The notes under the pieces: generated by a model | The model's database searches: none | What the model was told of the DNA's origin: nothing | What the model saw: only the letters and a program-made list of their open reading frames with translations | From: Clostridia bacterium | Lineage (GTDB): Bacteria; Bacillota; Clostridia; Oscillospirales; SIG627 | DNA length: 64,000 nt | Direction of reading: 5' to 3' | Assembly: GCA_017414535.1 (NCBI GenBank) | Contig: JAFQMA010000045.1 | Location: 3,054-67,053 of the forward strand | Program-made: the position numbers and the translations under genes | In this document: positions 8,766 through 17,587 of the stretch, one piece after another | How the letters are laid out: every line of letters starts with the position of its first letter | Position numbering within the stretch: the first letter of the stretch is position 1

Positions 8766-9908
8766 ATGAAGATCGTTTTAGCCATCGATTCCTTTAAAGG
8801 AAGTCTTTCTACGCTGGAGGCCGGCCATGCCGCCGCCCGCGGCATTTTGCGCGCCCTGCCCGATGCCGAAACGCTGGTCTGCCCTTTGGCCGACGGGGGA
8901 GAGGGCACGGTAGAGGCCATCCTTTCTGCTCTGAACGGCGAGAGAGTGGAGATTCCCGTCACGGGCCCCCTGGGCGACCCCGTCCTTGCTACCTACGGCT
9001 ATATCGGAGAGCGCGGCCTTGCGGTGATGGAAATGAGCAGTGCCGCAGGCATCACCCTTGTTTCCCGCGAAAGGCTCGATCCTCTGAAGGCTACCACCTT
9101 CGGTGTGGGTGAAATGATCGCCCATGCCCTGTCTCAAGGCTGTCGCGAGATCCTCATGGGCATCGGCGGCAGTGCCACCAACGACGGCGGCGCAGGTATG
9201 CTGCAGGCACTGGGCTTTTCCCTCCTTGACGAAAGAGGAGAGGAGATCCCCCGCGGAGCCGCAGGCCTGGAGCGGCTTTCCGAGATCCGTGCGGATGGGG
9301 TGCATCCCGCTCTCGCCGCTTGTCGCTTCCGTATCGCCTGCGACGTGACAAATCCCCTTTGCGGCCCCACAGGCTGCAGTGCGGTCTTCGGTCCCCAAAA
9401 GGGTGCTACCGCGCTGACCGTTCCCCGCATGGACGCCGCTCTTCGGCGCTTTGCCGCCCTGACCCGCAGGATCCTTCCCGCCGCCGATGAAAATAAGGCG
9501 GGTGCAGGTGCCGCAGGCGGCCTCGGCTTTGCCCTCGCCTCCTACTTGGGCGCCACCTTGGAAAAGGGCGCTCCGCTGGTCTGCGAGGCCGTAGGCCTGG
9601 AGGAAAGGATCGCCACCGCCGATCTTGTGCTCACGGGCGAGGGAAGACTGGATTCTCAGTCCGCCATGGGTAAGGCCCCGGCGGGCGTTGCCGCCATCGC
9701 GAAGAAATACGGTCTGCCGGTTCTCGGCTTTTCGGGCTGTGTTACCGAGGATGCGGGGGTGCTGAACAGCCACGGCATCGATGCCTTTTTCCCTATTCTT
9801 CGCACTCCCTGCACCGTGGAGGAGGCCATGGAAAAGGATACCGCCGCCCGCAACCTGGAGGCCACCGTCGAGCAGGCCATGCGGCTGTGGCTTTGCGCTA
9901 AAGCATGA
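8766..9908 (+). CDS. Glycerate kinase (GlxK/GarK family)
   Basis: MKIVLAIDSFKGSLS...PLADGGEGTVEA...GGSATNDGGAGML...TGEGRLDSQS are hallmark motifs of the family. Confidence 0.9.
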   Translation: MKIVLAIDSFKGSLSTLEAGHAAARGILRALPDAETLVCPLADGGEGTVEAILSALNGERVEIPVTGPLGDPVLATYGYIGERGLAVMEMSSAAGITLVSRERLDPLKATTFGVGEMIAHALSQGCREILMGIGGSATNDGGAGMLQALGFSLLDERGEEIPRGAAGLERLSEIRADGVHPALAACRFRIACDVTNPLCGPTGCSAVFGPQKGATALTVPRMDAALRRFAALTRRILPAADENKAGAGAAGGLGFALASYLGATLEKGAPLVCEAVGLEERIATADLVLTGEGRLDSQSAMGKAPAGVAAIAKKYGLPVLGFSGCVTEDAGVLNSHGIDAFFPILRTPCTVEEAMEKDTAARNLEATVEQAMRLWLCAKA

Positions 9909-10849
9909 ATTACCGCCATTTGAACGGCTATCTGAGGGAGAGATTCGGCAAAAAGATCTATAAGCTCTCTCTGTCTACTCCCTTTACCTGTCCCAATCGT
10001 GACGGCACCAAGGGCAGGGGAGGATGCATCTTTTGCTCTGCCTCCGGCAGTGGCAATTTCGCCGCCGAAAGCCGCTTTTCCGTAGCGGACCAGCTGAGGA
10101 GTGCCAAGGAACGGATCAAGAAAAAGCTTCCCCAAGAGGACTGTGGCTTCATTGCCTATTTCCAGTCCTTTACCTCCACCTACGGTCCCGTTTCCCTGCA
10201 GGAGAAGCTTTTTCGTGAGGCTATCGAAGATCCCGAGGTTGTGGCCCTGTCCGTTGCTACCCGTCCCGACTGTCTCCCGGAGGAGGTGCTGGATCTTCTG
10301 GAACGGCTCAGTCGCATCAAGCCCGTGTTCGTGGAGCTGGGTCTGCAGACCTCCTGCGAGAAAACGGCACAGCGCATCAACCGATGCTACGACAACGAGG
10401 AATTCACCCGTGCCGTAAACGCCCTTGCCGCGCGCGGCCTCGAGGTGGTGGTGCATCTGATCCTGGGACTTCCCGGTGAGGATCACGAAACGGAGATCTC
10501 TTCCTTGCGCTTTGTCACTTCTCATCCCGTGTCGGGTATAAAATTTCATCTTCTTCATGTACTGCGCGGCACGGCCTTGGCCGCAACGGATTACGTCCCC
10601 CTGACGCAGGAGGAATACGTTTTTCGGGTCACCGACCTTCTCCGCTACGTGCCGGAGAACGTGGTCATCCATCGTCTCACGGGCGACGGCGACAAAAAGG
10701 AATTGATCGCTCCCCTTTGGAGTGCCGATAAGAAGCGAGTGCTCAATGCCATCACCCGCCGCCTCAGAGAAACCGGCCTCCGCCAGGGCGAAGCCTTGGA
10801 TTTATACATGCTAACGCGTGATGATATGCCAAGCCTGCGGCTTGGATAA
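9905..10849 (+). CDS. TIGR01212-family radical SAM protein
   Basis: The N-terminus Y..LNGYLRERFGKKIYKLSL..FTCPNRDG..GRGGCIFCS is typical of the family. Its ATGA start overlaps the glycerate kinase gene. Confidence 0.85.
   Translation: MNYRHLNGYLRERFGKKIYKLSLSTPFTCPNRDGTKGRGGCIFCSASGSGNFAAESRFSVADQLRSAKERIKKKLPQEDCGFIAYFQSFTSTYGPVSLQEKLFREAIEDPEVVALSVATRPDCLPEEVLDLLERLSRIKPVFVELGLQTSCEKTAQRINRCYDNEEFTRAVNALAARGLEVVVHLILGLPGEDHETEISSLRFVTSHPVSGIKFHLLHVLRGTALAATDYVPLTQEEYVFRVTDLLRYVPENVVIHRLTGDGDKKELIAPLWSADKKRVLNAITRRLRETGLRQGEALDLYMLTRDDMPSLRLG
10820..10845 (+). repeat. 9-mer GATGATATG followed by a short hairpin (inverted partner of the 11034-11072 repeats)
   Basis: GATGATATG (10820-10828) followed by CCAAGCC-TGC-GGCTTGG. 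It lies in the last codons of the radical SAM gene. Confidence 0.4.
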
Positions 10850-10852
10850 AAA

Positions 10853-10890
10853 AAGAAGTACCTTTTGGTAGACAAAAGGTACTTCTTTTT
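10853..10890. terminator. Bidirectional terminator (radical SAM gene / tRNA-Glu)
   Basis: AAGAAGTACCTTTTG-GTAGA-CAAAAGGTACTTCTT forms a 15-bp stem flanked by A- and T-runs. Confidence 0.75.
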
Positions 10891-10965
10891 TGGTGACCCG
10901 TACGGGAATCGAACCCATGTTACCGCCGTGAAAGGGCGGTGTCTTAACCGCTTGACCAACGGGCC
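10891..10965 (-). tRNA. tRNA-Glu (anticodon UUC), CCA encoded
   Basis: The reverse complement is GGCCCGTTGGTCAAGCGGTTAAGACACCGCCCTTTCACGGCGGTAACATGGGTTCGATTCCCGTACGGGTCACCA. It has a 7-bp acceptor stem, anticodon loop CTTTCAC, a GGTTCGATTCC T-arm and a 3' CCA. Confidence 0.9.
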
Positions 10966-10977
10966 GAATACCTTGTT

Positions 10978-11006
10978 ATTATAGCGGGGCAGCGGTCGTT
11001 TGTCAA
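10978..11006 (-). promoter_or_regulatory. sigma-A promoter for tRNA-Glu
   Basis: On the minus strand: TTGACA (11006-11001), a 17-nt spacer, then TATAAT (10983-10978), about 12 nt upstream of the mature 5' end. Confidence 0.55.
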
Positions 11007-11033
11007 GAGGGAATGAAAAATTCATTCATTTTT

Positions 11034-11072
11034 CATATCATCGCCGTAGGCGCATATCATCAGCCGAAGGCT
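11034..11072 (+). repeat. Two tandem units of CATATCATC + short hairpin
   Basis: CATATCATC-GCCGTAGGC (11034-11051) and CATATCATC-AGCCGAAGGCT (11053-11072). The 9-mer is the reverse complement of the one at 10820. Confidence 0.4.
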
Positions 11073-11074
11073 GC

Positions 11075-11100
11075 AAAAGCCCCATTTTGGGGCTTTTTTT
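11075..11100 (+). terminator. Orphan plus-strand terminator-like hairpin with no upstream CDS
   Basis: AAAAGCCCC-ATTTT-GGGGCTTTTTTT. No convincing ORF lies between the tRNA promoter and this hairpin. Confidence 0.4.
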
Positions 11101-11121
11101 CTTTCTCGGTGCATTTCGTGA

Positions 11122-11150
11122 TTGACGGGGCGGCGTATTTTTGTTACAAT
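11122..11150 (+). promoter_or_regulatory. sigma-A-type promoter for the HAD gene
   Basis: TTGACG (11122-11127), a 17-nt spacer, then TACAAT (11145-11150). Confidence 0.45.
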
Positions 11151-11176
11151 GTTGGGAGAAAGAAAAGGTGAATTGA

Positions 11177-11818
11177 TTGAAATATCAGCACTATTTGTTT
11201 GATTTTGACGGTACGCTGGTGGATTCCATGCCCGCCTACGCCGTTTCCATGAAGCGCATTCTGGATGAAAACGGCGTCTCCTACGGGGAGGATCTTATTG
11301 CCACCATTACGCCACTTGGCACCATCGGTGCCGCAAAGTATTTTCAAAAGCTGGGGCTTGCTCTCTCGCTGGAGGAGATCTTCGAGCTGATGAAGCGCTA
11401 TCTGTGTGAAGCGTATTTTTATTACATTCCCGCCAAGGATAAGGTGAAGGAGACCCTTTTAAGGCTTAAGGAGCAGGGTGCCACCCTCCGCGTGCTCACT
11501 GCCAGCCCTCATATCACGCTGGATCCGTGCCTGAAGCGTTTGGGCCTTTACGATCTTTTTGAAAACGTCTGGTCCTGTGATGATTTCGGCCTGGAAAAGA
11601 ACGATCCCGCCATTTACCTTGCCGCCGCGGAAAGAATGGGCTTGCCTTGCAGTGACATCCTTTTTGTGGATGATAATCTGGGTGCTTGCACCACCGCCGT
11701 TTCCGCTGGGCTTCAGGTCTGCGGCGTGTACGATGTGACCTCAGCGGGTGACAGGGAGCAGATGCGCGGGATATGCCACCACTATGCGGAGGATCTGTCC
11801 GCACTTCTTTCCCTTTGA
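11177..11818 (+). CDS. HAD-superfamily hydrolase (phosphatase)
   Basis: TTG start after an AAAGGTG RBS. Motif I is FDFDGTLVDS, and a late DD motif is VDDN. Confidence 0.85.
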   Translation: MKYQHYLFDFDGTLVDSMPAYAVSMKRILDENGVSYGEDLIATITPLGTIGAAKYFQKLGLALSLEEIFELMKRYLCEAYFYYIPAKDKVKETLLRLKEQGATLRVLTASPHITLDPCLKRLGLYDLFENVWSCDDFGLEKNDPAIYLAAAERMGLPCSDILFVDDNLGACTTAVSAGLQVCGVYDVTSAGDREQMRGICHHYAEDLSALLSL

Positions 11819-11876
11819 GCTTTTTTACCAATGCATTTCATACAATGATTTTTGAAATATGAATGAAGGAGTTACC

Positions 11877-12737
11877 ATGAGCAAAAAAGTAATCATCGCT
11901 TCCGACAGCACCTGCGACCTCAGCCCCGAGCTGATCGAGCATTACGGCATTCGCATCATTCCTCTGGGTGTGACCCTTTCCGACAAATCCTATAAGGATG
12001 GCGTGGATATGGATCCCGATACCATCTACCGCCACTACGAGGAAACGGGCGAGCTCCCCAAGACCGCCGCCATCAATATCGACGAGGCGATGGCTTTTAT
12101 CGCATCCCTCAAGGAGGAGGGAGAGGGTGTGGTATTCTTTACCATCAGCAGTGACATGTCCTCCACCTTCCAGAACGCCCGCCTTGCCGCAGGAGGCTTT
12201 GAGGATGTGCACGTGGTGGACAGCCGCAATCTTTCCACCGGTATCGGCCTTCAGGTGCTTCGTGCCGCAAGGCTTGCCGAGGAAGGAAAGTCTGCCGCCG
12301 AGATCGCCACGGAGTGCGAGGCGCTTTGCGACCGCGTGGATGCCTCTTTCGTGGTGGACGATCTGGAATTTTTGCACAAGGGCGGCCGTTGCTCCGCGCT
12401 GGCGGCCTTCGGTGCCAATCTTCTCCAGCTGAAGCCCTGCATCGTGGTCAAGGGCGGTAAGATGGGTGTAGATAAGAAATACCGCGGCAAATACGGCATG
12501 ATCCTTCCCAAGTATATTGCGGAGCGCCTCGGCGACGGCAGTGACGTGGAGGGCGATACCGTGTTCGTTACTCATGCGGGCTGTGACGAGGCCATCGTTA
12601 ACGCTTGCGTGGAAAAGGTGAAGAGCCTCGGCTATTTTAAGGAGATCCACGTGACCCGTGCAGGCTGCACCATCTCCTCCCATTGCGGCAGAAACACCCT
12701 GGGTGTTCTCTTTATCCGTAAGAATCCCATCATCTGA
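11877..12737 (+). CDS. DegV-family fatty-acid-binding protein
   Basis: The ATG follows GAAGGAG. MSKKVIIASDSTCDLSPELIEHYGIRIIPL is the classic DegV N-terminus. Confidence 0.9.
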   Translation: MSKKVIIASDSTCDLSPELIEHYGIRIIPLGVTLSDKSYKDGVDMDPDTIYRHYEETGELPKTAAINIDEAMAFIASLKEEGEGVVFFTISSDMSSTFQNARLAAGGFEDVHVVDSRNLSTGIGLQVLRAARLAEEGKSAAEIATECEALCDRVDASFVVDDLEFLHKGGRCSALAAFGANLLQLKPCIVVKGGKMGVDKKYRGKYGMILPKYIAERLGDGSDVEGDTVFVTHAGCDEAIVNACVEKVKSLGYFKEIHVTRAGCTISSHCGRNTLGVLFIRKNPII

Positions 12738-12742
12738 GATCT

Positions 12743-13663
12743 ATGCGCAATCAAAAACTGAAGGGGAATCTCCTTCTTCTTTTCACCGCCGTCGTTTGGG
12801 GAGCTTCTTTTATTGCTCAAAGCAAGGGCGTGGAGCAGGTCTCTCCCGTTGCCTTTATCGGCATCCGCAGTCTCCTTGGCAGTGCCGTGCTTCTCCCTGT
12901 GATCCTTTTTTTGGATCGCAGAAGAAAAAAGAAGGGCAGGGAGGTGATGGGCTGGAATAAGCCCCTGTGGCTGGGCGGCATCCTCTGCGGTCTCTTCCTC
13001 TGTGCCGCTACCACCCTGCAGACCATGGGCATGGTGGAAACAAGCCCCGGAAAGGCGGGCTTTATCACCGCCCTTTATATGGTCATCATCCCCCTTTGTC
13101 AGATCTTTCGAGGCCGTAAGCCATCCTCGGCTGTCCTTGTTTCCGTTCTTTTGGCGGTGGGAGGCATGTATTTGATGTGCATCGGCGGAAGCTTTACCTT
13201 AAACCGCGGCGATCTTCTCATCTTTGCCTGTGCCTTTTTCTTTGCGGGACATATTCTGGTCATCGATCATTTTTCTCCCATGGTGGACGGCATCAAGCTT
13301 TCCTGCGTTCAGTTTTTTGTCTGCGGCCTGATCAATACCTGCTGGATGCTTCTCTTTGAGGAGGTCACACTCGGGCCCATCCTTCAAAGCTGGATGTCCA
13401 TCGGCTACGCCGGCGTTTTCTCCTGCGGTGTGGCCTATACTCTGCAGATCGTGGGACAAAAATACACCGATCCCACCTCCGCCTCCATCATTATGAGTCT
13501 GGAGTCGGTCTTTGCCACCCTGTTTACGGTGCTTTGCGTGGCCTTGGGCTGGGATCTGACGGGTGGTCAGCTTACTCTGAAGGAGCTTTGCGGCTGCGCC
13601 CTCATGTTCGGCGCCATTCTATTGGTACAACTGCCCGATCTTCGGCAGAAAAAGAATACTTAA
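12743..13663 (+). CDS. DMT-superfamily (EamA) transporter
   Basis: LLLLFTAVVWGASFIAQSKG start and 10 predicted helices in two EamA-like halves. Confidence 0.8.
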   Translation: MRNQKLKGNLLLLFTAVVWGASFIAQSKGVEQVSPVAFIGIRSLLGSAVLLPVILFLDRRRKKKGREVMGWNKPLWLGGILCGLFLCAATTLQTMGMVETSPGKAGFITALYMVIIPLCQIFRGRKPSSAVLVSVLLAVGGMYLMCIGGSFTLNRGDLLIFACAFFFAGHILVIDHFSPMVDGIKLSCVQFFVCGLINTCWMLLFEEVTLGPILQSWMSIGYAGVFSCGVAYTLQIVGQKYTDPTSASIIMSLESVFATLFTVLCVALGWDLTGGQLTLKELCGCALMFGAILLVQLPDLRQKKNT

Positions 13664-13684
13664 AACGATTTTTGGAGGTTTATC

Positions 13685-14653
13685 ATGAATCCTTACATCG
13701 GTCATACGTCTCAACTTTACGGCGTAGAGGAGCACCGCCTGGTGGGCGGCAAGGGCGACGGTATGCGCCTCTTTCAGGTCAGAAACGGTGCAGGTCTTGA
13801 GTTCACCGTCTCTGCCGACAGAGCCTGCGATCTGTCCCGCCTCAGCTTCGACGGCGTCAATTTCGGCTATTTCGGCCCCACGGGCTACGTTGCCCCCGCT
13901 TATTACGATAAGGAGGGCGCAGGCTTCTTAAAGAGCTTTACCGCAGGCTTTTTGACCACCTGCGGCCTGTTCAGCTTCGGCGAGCCCTGCGAGGACGGCG
14001 GGGATACCCTTGGCCTTCACGGCACCATTTCTCAGGTTCCCGCAGAGCAGGTCAGCTGGTGGGAAAAGGACGGCGTCATCCATATCAAGGCTCTCATCCG
14101 CGATACCATGACCCTTTCCTATGAAATGCTTCTGGAGCGCGAATACCTGGTTCCCGTGGGTGGCAACACCATGACCATCGTGGACCGTGTTACCAACCTT
14201 GGTCCCGCCGAGGTTCCCTATCAGATCCTCTATCACTTCAACGTGGGCTACCCCCTTCTCAGCGAAAAGGCAAAGCTGACCGTTCCCACGGAAAAGGTCA
14301 CTCCTCAGAATCAGCACGCTGCCGATCATATCGCTACTTGGCAGACCATCGAGCCCCCCACGAAGGGCTACGAGGAAATGTGCTTCTATCATACCATGTC
14401 CGGTCGCGCCAAGGTCACCCTTTTCAATCCCGACGTGCAGAAGGGCTTCACCATGGAGTATGATACCGAGGCCCTGCCTTGCTTTACTCAGTGGAAGATG
14501 ATGGGCGAGCGCGATTACGTCATGGGCGTAGAGCCCGGCAACGGCACTCCCGACGGCAGAAAGGTCATGCGCGAAAGAGGCATGCTGAAGTTCCTGCAGC
14601 CCGGCGAAAGCGCGGAGCAGAGCATCACCTTCACCTTCCTGAGAGAGGAATAA
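13685..14653 (+). CDS. Aldose-1-epimerase-like protein (DUF4432 family)
   Basis: The N-terminus ...EEHRLVGGKGDGMRLFQVRNGAGLEFTVSADRACDL..LSFDGVNFGY matches my recollection of DUF4432/mutarotase-like proteins. Confidence 0.65.
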   Translation: MNPYIGHTSQLYGVEEHRLVGGKGDGMRLFQVRNGAGLEFTVSADRACDLSRLSFDGVNFGYFGPTGYVAPAYYDKEGAGFLKSFTAGFLTTCGLFSFGEPCEDGGDTLGLHGTISQVPAEQVSWWEKDGVIHIKALIRDTMTLSYEMLLEREYLVPVGGNTMTIVDRVTNLGPAEVPYQILYHFNVGYPLLSEKAKLTVPTEKVTPQNQHAADHIATWQTIEPPTKGYEEMCFYHTMSGRAKVTLFNPDVQKGFTMEYDTEALPCFTQWKMMGERDYVMGVEPGNGTPDGRKVMRERGMLKFLQPGESAEQSITFTFLREE

Positions 14654-14655
14654 GG

Positions 14656-15207
14656 ATGACCTACGCTTTAAAGAATTGCCGCAACGGGGAAGAGGCCTGC
14701 TATCCCACTACCGTTACCGTGGAGGACCTGGGTAAGAGCCTGCGCTTCACCTTCACGGGGGAGCATTCCTCCTACTATTGCCCCCATCCCGGCTACAACG
14801 GCGTCCATTCCGACGGCGATATTTTCGAGATCCTCATCGGTACCGATTCCCAGAGAAAAAGCTATTACGAGATCCGGGTCAGCCCCGAAAGCGACTTTTT
14901 CCTGGCCCGTATGGAGTATGGCGGAGCCGATGAAAACGGGATCCCCCGATTAACGCCCCATTTTGTGGAAAACTGCTTCCTGCGGGGCGGCGCCGTCAAA
15001 ACGGAAACGGGCTTTACCGCCACCGTGGAATTTAATAAAAAGGACGTATTTACGGGCGAGGGCGAGCTGTATTTTAATTGCTACCGCATCGAAACGGACG
15101 GCGGCGAGATGGACAAGCATCTCTTCGCACTGTTTCCCACCATGCGCCCCAAATTTCACGCTCCCGAGCACTACCGCTTCCTCAAGGATTACGCCACAAA
15201 AAAATAA
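14656..15207 (+). CDS. Carbohydrate-binding family 9-like domain protein (no signal peptide)
   Basis: ATG 14656 sits 2 nt after the upstream stop and follows GGAATAAGG. GDIFEILIG....YYEIRVSPE...F is CBM9-like. The longer track ORF from 14479 overlaps the upstream gene out of frame. Confidence 0.5.
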   Translation: MTYALKNCRNGEEACYPTTVTVEDLGKSLRFTFTGEHSSYYCPHPGYNGVHSDGDIFEILIGTDSQRKSYYEIRVSPESDFFLARMEYGGADENGIPRLTPHFVENCFLRGGAVKTETGFTATVEFNKKDVFTGEGELYFNCYRIETDGGEMDKHLFALFPTMRPKFHAPEHYRFLKDYATKK

Positions 15208-15213
15208 ACGAAG

Positions 15214-15240
15214 AAGAAAGCCGCAGGGCTTTCTTTTTCT
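15214..15240 (+). terminator. Rho-independent terminator
   Basis: AGAAAGCC-GCAG-GGCTTTCT followed by a T-run. Confidence 0.6.
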
Positions 15241-15296
15241 TAAAAAAAATCACCAAAAAGAGTCTCCTATTTTTTTATTCTTCGTCTTATTTGCCG

Positions 15297-15326
15297 TTGA
15301 CGGATGAAGGAAAAAGGGAGTATAAT
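15297..15326 (+). promoter_or_regulatory. sigma-A-type promoter for the antiporter gene
   Basis: TTGACG (15297-15302), an 18-nt spacer, then TATAAT (15321-15326). Confidence 0.45.
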
Positions 15327-15337
15327 GTGTCAGACTG

Positions 15338-16684
15338 GTGTGGTTTGCAAAAAATAACAGAATAAAGAAGGTGTCTCTTTTGAATACATTACTTTCCGTC
15401 TCCATTGCACTTCTTGCAGGCCTTTTAATGACACGCCTTTTTAAGCCCTTAAAGCTGCCCGCTGTTACCGCCTATCTCATTGCGGGCGTGTTCATCGGCC
15501 CCTATTGTTTGGGCGCTCTCGGCATTGAAGGCCTTGGCTTTGCCTCCTTCGGCTCCGTGGAGAGCCTCGGTCTCATTTCCGAGGTTGCACTGGGCTTTAT
15601 CGCCTTCTCCATCGGAAACGAATTTCGCCTGAACGATCTGAAGAAAACGGGTAAGCAGGCCCTTGTGATCGGTGTTCTGCAGGCCGTGGTGGCCATGCTT
15701 CTGGTGGATGCCGCCCTCGTGGGACTGCATTTTCTCATTCCCGATAAGCTTTCTCTGCCTCAGGCGCTGACCTTGGGTGCCATTGCCACTGCGACCGCCC
15801 CCGCCGCCACCCTCATGGTGGTGCGCCAGTATAAGGCGGACGGTCCCCTCACCCGTCTTCTTCTGCCCATCGTGGCACTGGACGACGCCGTGGGTCTCGT
15901 GGCCTTTGCCGTGTCCTTCGGTATTGCCAAGACTTTGGTCAGCGGCTCCGTGGATCTGATCTCCATTTTGGTCAATCCTTTCATCGAGATCCTCCTTTCT
16001 TTGGTTCTGGGCGCTGTGGCAGGCTGGGTGCTTACTCAGCTGGAAAAGCTCTTCAACTCCAATACCAACCGCCTTAACCTTACCATTGGTGTGGTCTTTC
16101 TCACTGCGTCCCTTTCTATGCTGGACTTTACCGTGGGTCCCGTCCACGTGCATTTTTCCTCTCTTCTCACCTGCATGATGCTGGGCACGGTGTTCTGTAA
16201 CCTCTGCCCCCTGTCCGAGGATCTGATGGGTGCCACCGATAAGTGGACCAGTCCGCTGTTCGCTCTGTTCTTCGTTATCAGCGGCGCCGAGCTGGAGCTT
16301 GGCGTATTCACCGATCTTGCCATCGTGGGCATCGGCGTGATCTATATCCTGTCCCGCTCCGCGGGCAAGTATTTCGGTGCCTTCGGCAGCGCCAAGCTTA
16401 CCCGATGCGACGGCAAGATCTGTAAGTACCTCGGCATCACTCTGCTTCCTCAGGCGGGTGTTGCGCTGGGGATGTGTACCACCGCCATGCAGCTGGGTGA
16501 GCAGGGAGCCCTCATTCGTAATATCACCCTTTTCGCCGTACTGATCTACGAGCTTTGCGGCCCCATCTTCACTCGCATGGCACTGACCGCCGCAGGGGAG
16601 ATCCGTCCCATGTCCGACGAGGTGAAGAACCGCCGTCACCATAAGCTTTCTGCCCTGAATCAAAAAACGGACGATACCCACTAA
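15338..16684 (+). CDS. Cation:proton antiporter (CPA2/Kef-type Na+/H+ exchanger family)
   Basis: ...LLAGLLMTRLFKPLKLPAVTAYLIAGVFIGP... and 11-13 helices. The true start may be GTG 15371 or TTG 15380, downstream of an AAGAAGG RBS. Confidence 0.85.
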   Translation: MWFAKNNRIKKVSLLNTLLSVSIALLAGLLMTRLFKPLKLPAVTAYLIAGVFIGPYCLGALGIEGLGFASFGSVESLGLISEVALGFIAFSIGNEFRLNDLKKTGKQALVIGVLQAVVAMLLVDAALVGLHFLIPDKLSLPQALTLGAIATATAPAATLMVVRQYKADGPLTRLLLPIVALDDAVGLVAFAVSFGIAKTLVSGSVDLISILVNPFIEILLSLVLGAVAGWVLTQLEKLFNSNTNRLNLTIGVVFLTASLSMLDFTVGPVHVHFSSLLTCMMLGTVFCNLCPLSEDLMGATDKWTSPLFALFFVISGAELELGVFTDLAIVGIGVIYILSRSAGKYFGAFGSAKLTRCDGKICKYLGITLLPQAGVALGMCTTAMQLGEQGALIRNITLFAVLIYELCGPIFTRMALTAAGEIRPMSDEVKNRRHHKLSALNQKTDDTH

Positions 16685-16709
16685 ATTCTAATCAGAGAGA
16701 AGGGATCCT

Positions 16710-17585
16710 ATGGAGCTTTGCATTTCTCTTTTGCAGATCCCTCGCGGGGACAGCCCGGAGGAAGCTATGCAGTTGGGCGAGGCGGCCTGTCGCAAGGCGC
16801 GTGCCGCAGGTGCTGACCTTGCTCTTTTCCCCGAAATGTTCAGCACGGGCTACTGTATCCCGCAGGAAAAGAAAGCTCTCCGCGCCGCCGCCATCGGAAG
16901 AGATCACCCCTTCCTGAGGCACTTTGCGGATCTTGCAAAGGAGCTTTCCATGGCCATTGCCGTCACCTTTCTGGAGGCCTTCGAGCCTGCCCCCCGCAAC
17001 AGCGTGATGCTGTTTGACCGAAAGGGCAGGGAGGTGCTTTGTTATGCCAAGGTGCACACCTGCGACTTTGGAGACGAGCGCGTGCTCACCCCCGGCGATG
17101 AGCTTCCCGTGGCAGAGCTTGACCTCGGCAAAGGCTCCGTTCGTGTGGGCTGTATGATCTGCTACGATCGGGAATTTCCCGAAACGGCGCGCCTTCTCAT
17201 GCTGAAGGGAGCCGAGGTGATCCTGGTGCCCAATGCTTGCCCCATGGAGATCAACCGTCTTTCCCAGCTACGCGCCCGCGCCTTTGAAAATATGCTGGCC
17301 GTTGCCACCTGTAACTACCCCGCTGTCGTTCCCGATTGCAACGGCGGCTCCTCCGTCTTTGACGGTATCGTGTATCTGCCCCATCTGTCGGGCAGTCGAG
17401 ATACCTGCCTTGGTATGGCCTCGGAAGAGGAGGAGATCCTTACCGTCTCCCTTCCCATGGATACCCTGCGTGAGTACCGCGAAAGTGAGGTCCACGGCAA
17501 TGCCTATCGCCGCCCGTCACTGTACGGTGCCTTGACGGAGGAACGGGTGGAAGCCCCCTTTCTGCGCCCCGATCGGAGAAAATAA
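16710..17585 (+). CDS. Carbon-nitrogen hydrolase (nitrilase superfamily)
   Basis: A Glu-Lys-Cys triad context is present: LALFPEMF, ...YAKVH..., GCMICYDREFPE. Confidence 0.85.
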   Translation: MELCISLLQIPRGDSPEEAMQLGEAACRKARAAGADLALFPEMFSTGYCIPQEKKALRAAAIGRDHPFLRHFADLAKELSMAIAVTFLEAFEPAPRNSVMLFDRKGREVLCYAKVHTCDFGDERVLTPGDELPVAELDLGKGSVRVGCMICYDREFPETARLLMLKGAEVILVPNACPMEINRLSQLRARAFENMLAVATCNYPAVVPDCNGGSSVFDGIVYLPHLSGSRDTCLGMASEEEEILTVSLPMDTLREYRESEVHGNAYRRPSLYGALTEERVEAPFLRPDRRK

Positions 17586-17587
17586 GC

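Noticed and set aside
14479-14655. N-terminal extension of the CBM9-like ORF (track start 14479)
   Set aside because: The extension overlaps the 3' end of the DUF4432 gene in another frame and is Arg-rich low complexity. ATG 14656 sits directly after the upstream stop and has an RBS.
13685-15207. DUF4432 mutarotase-like + CBM9-like pair as a novel sugar-processing module
   Set aside because: Both lack signal peptides and look like an ordinary cytoplasmic sugar-utilisation pair next to a DMT transporter. Nothing in the sequence departs from what these families normally look like.
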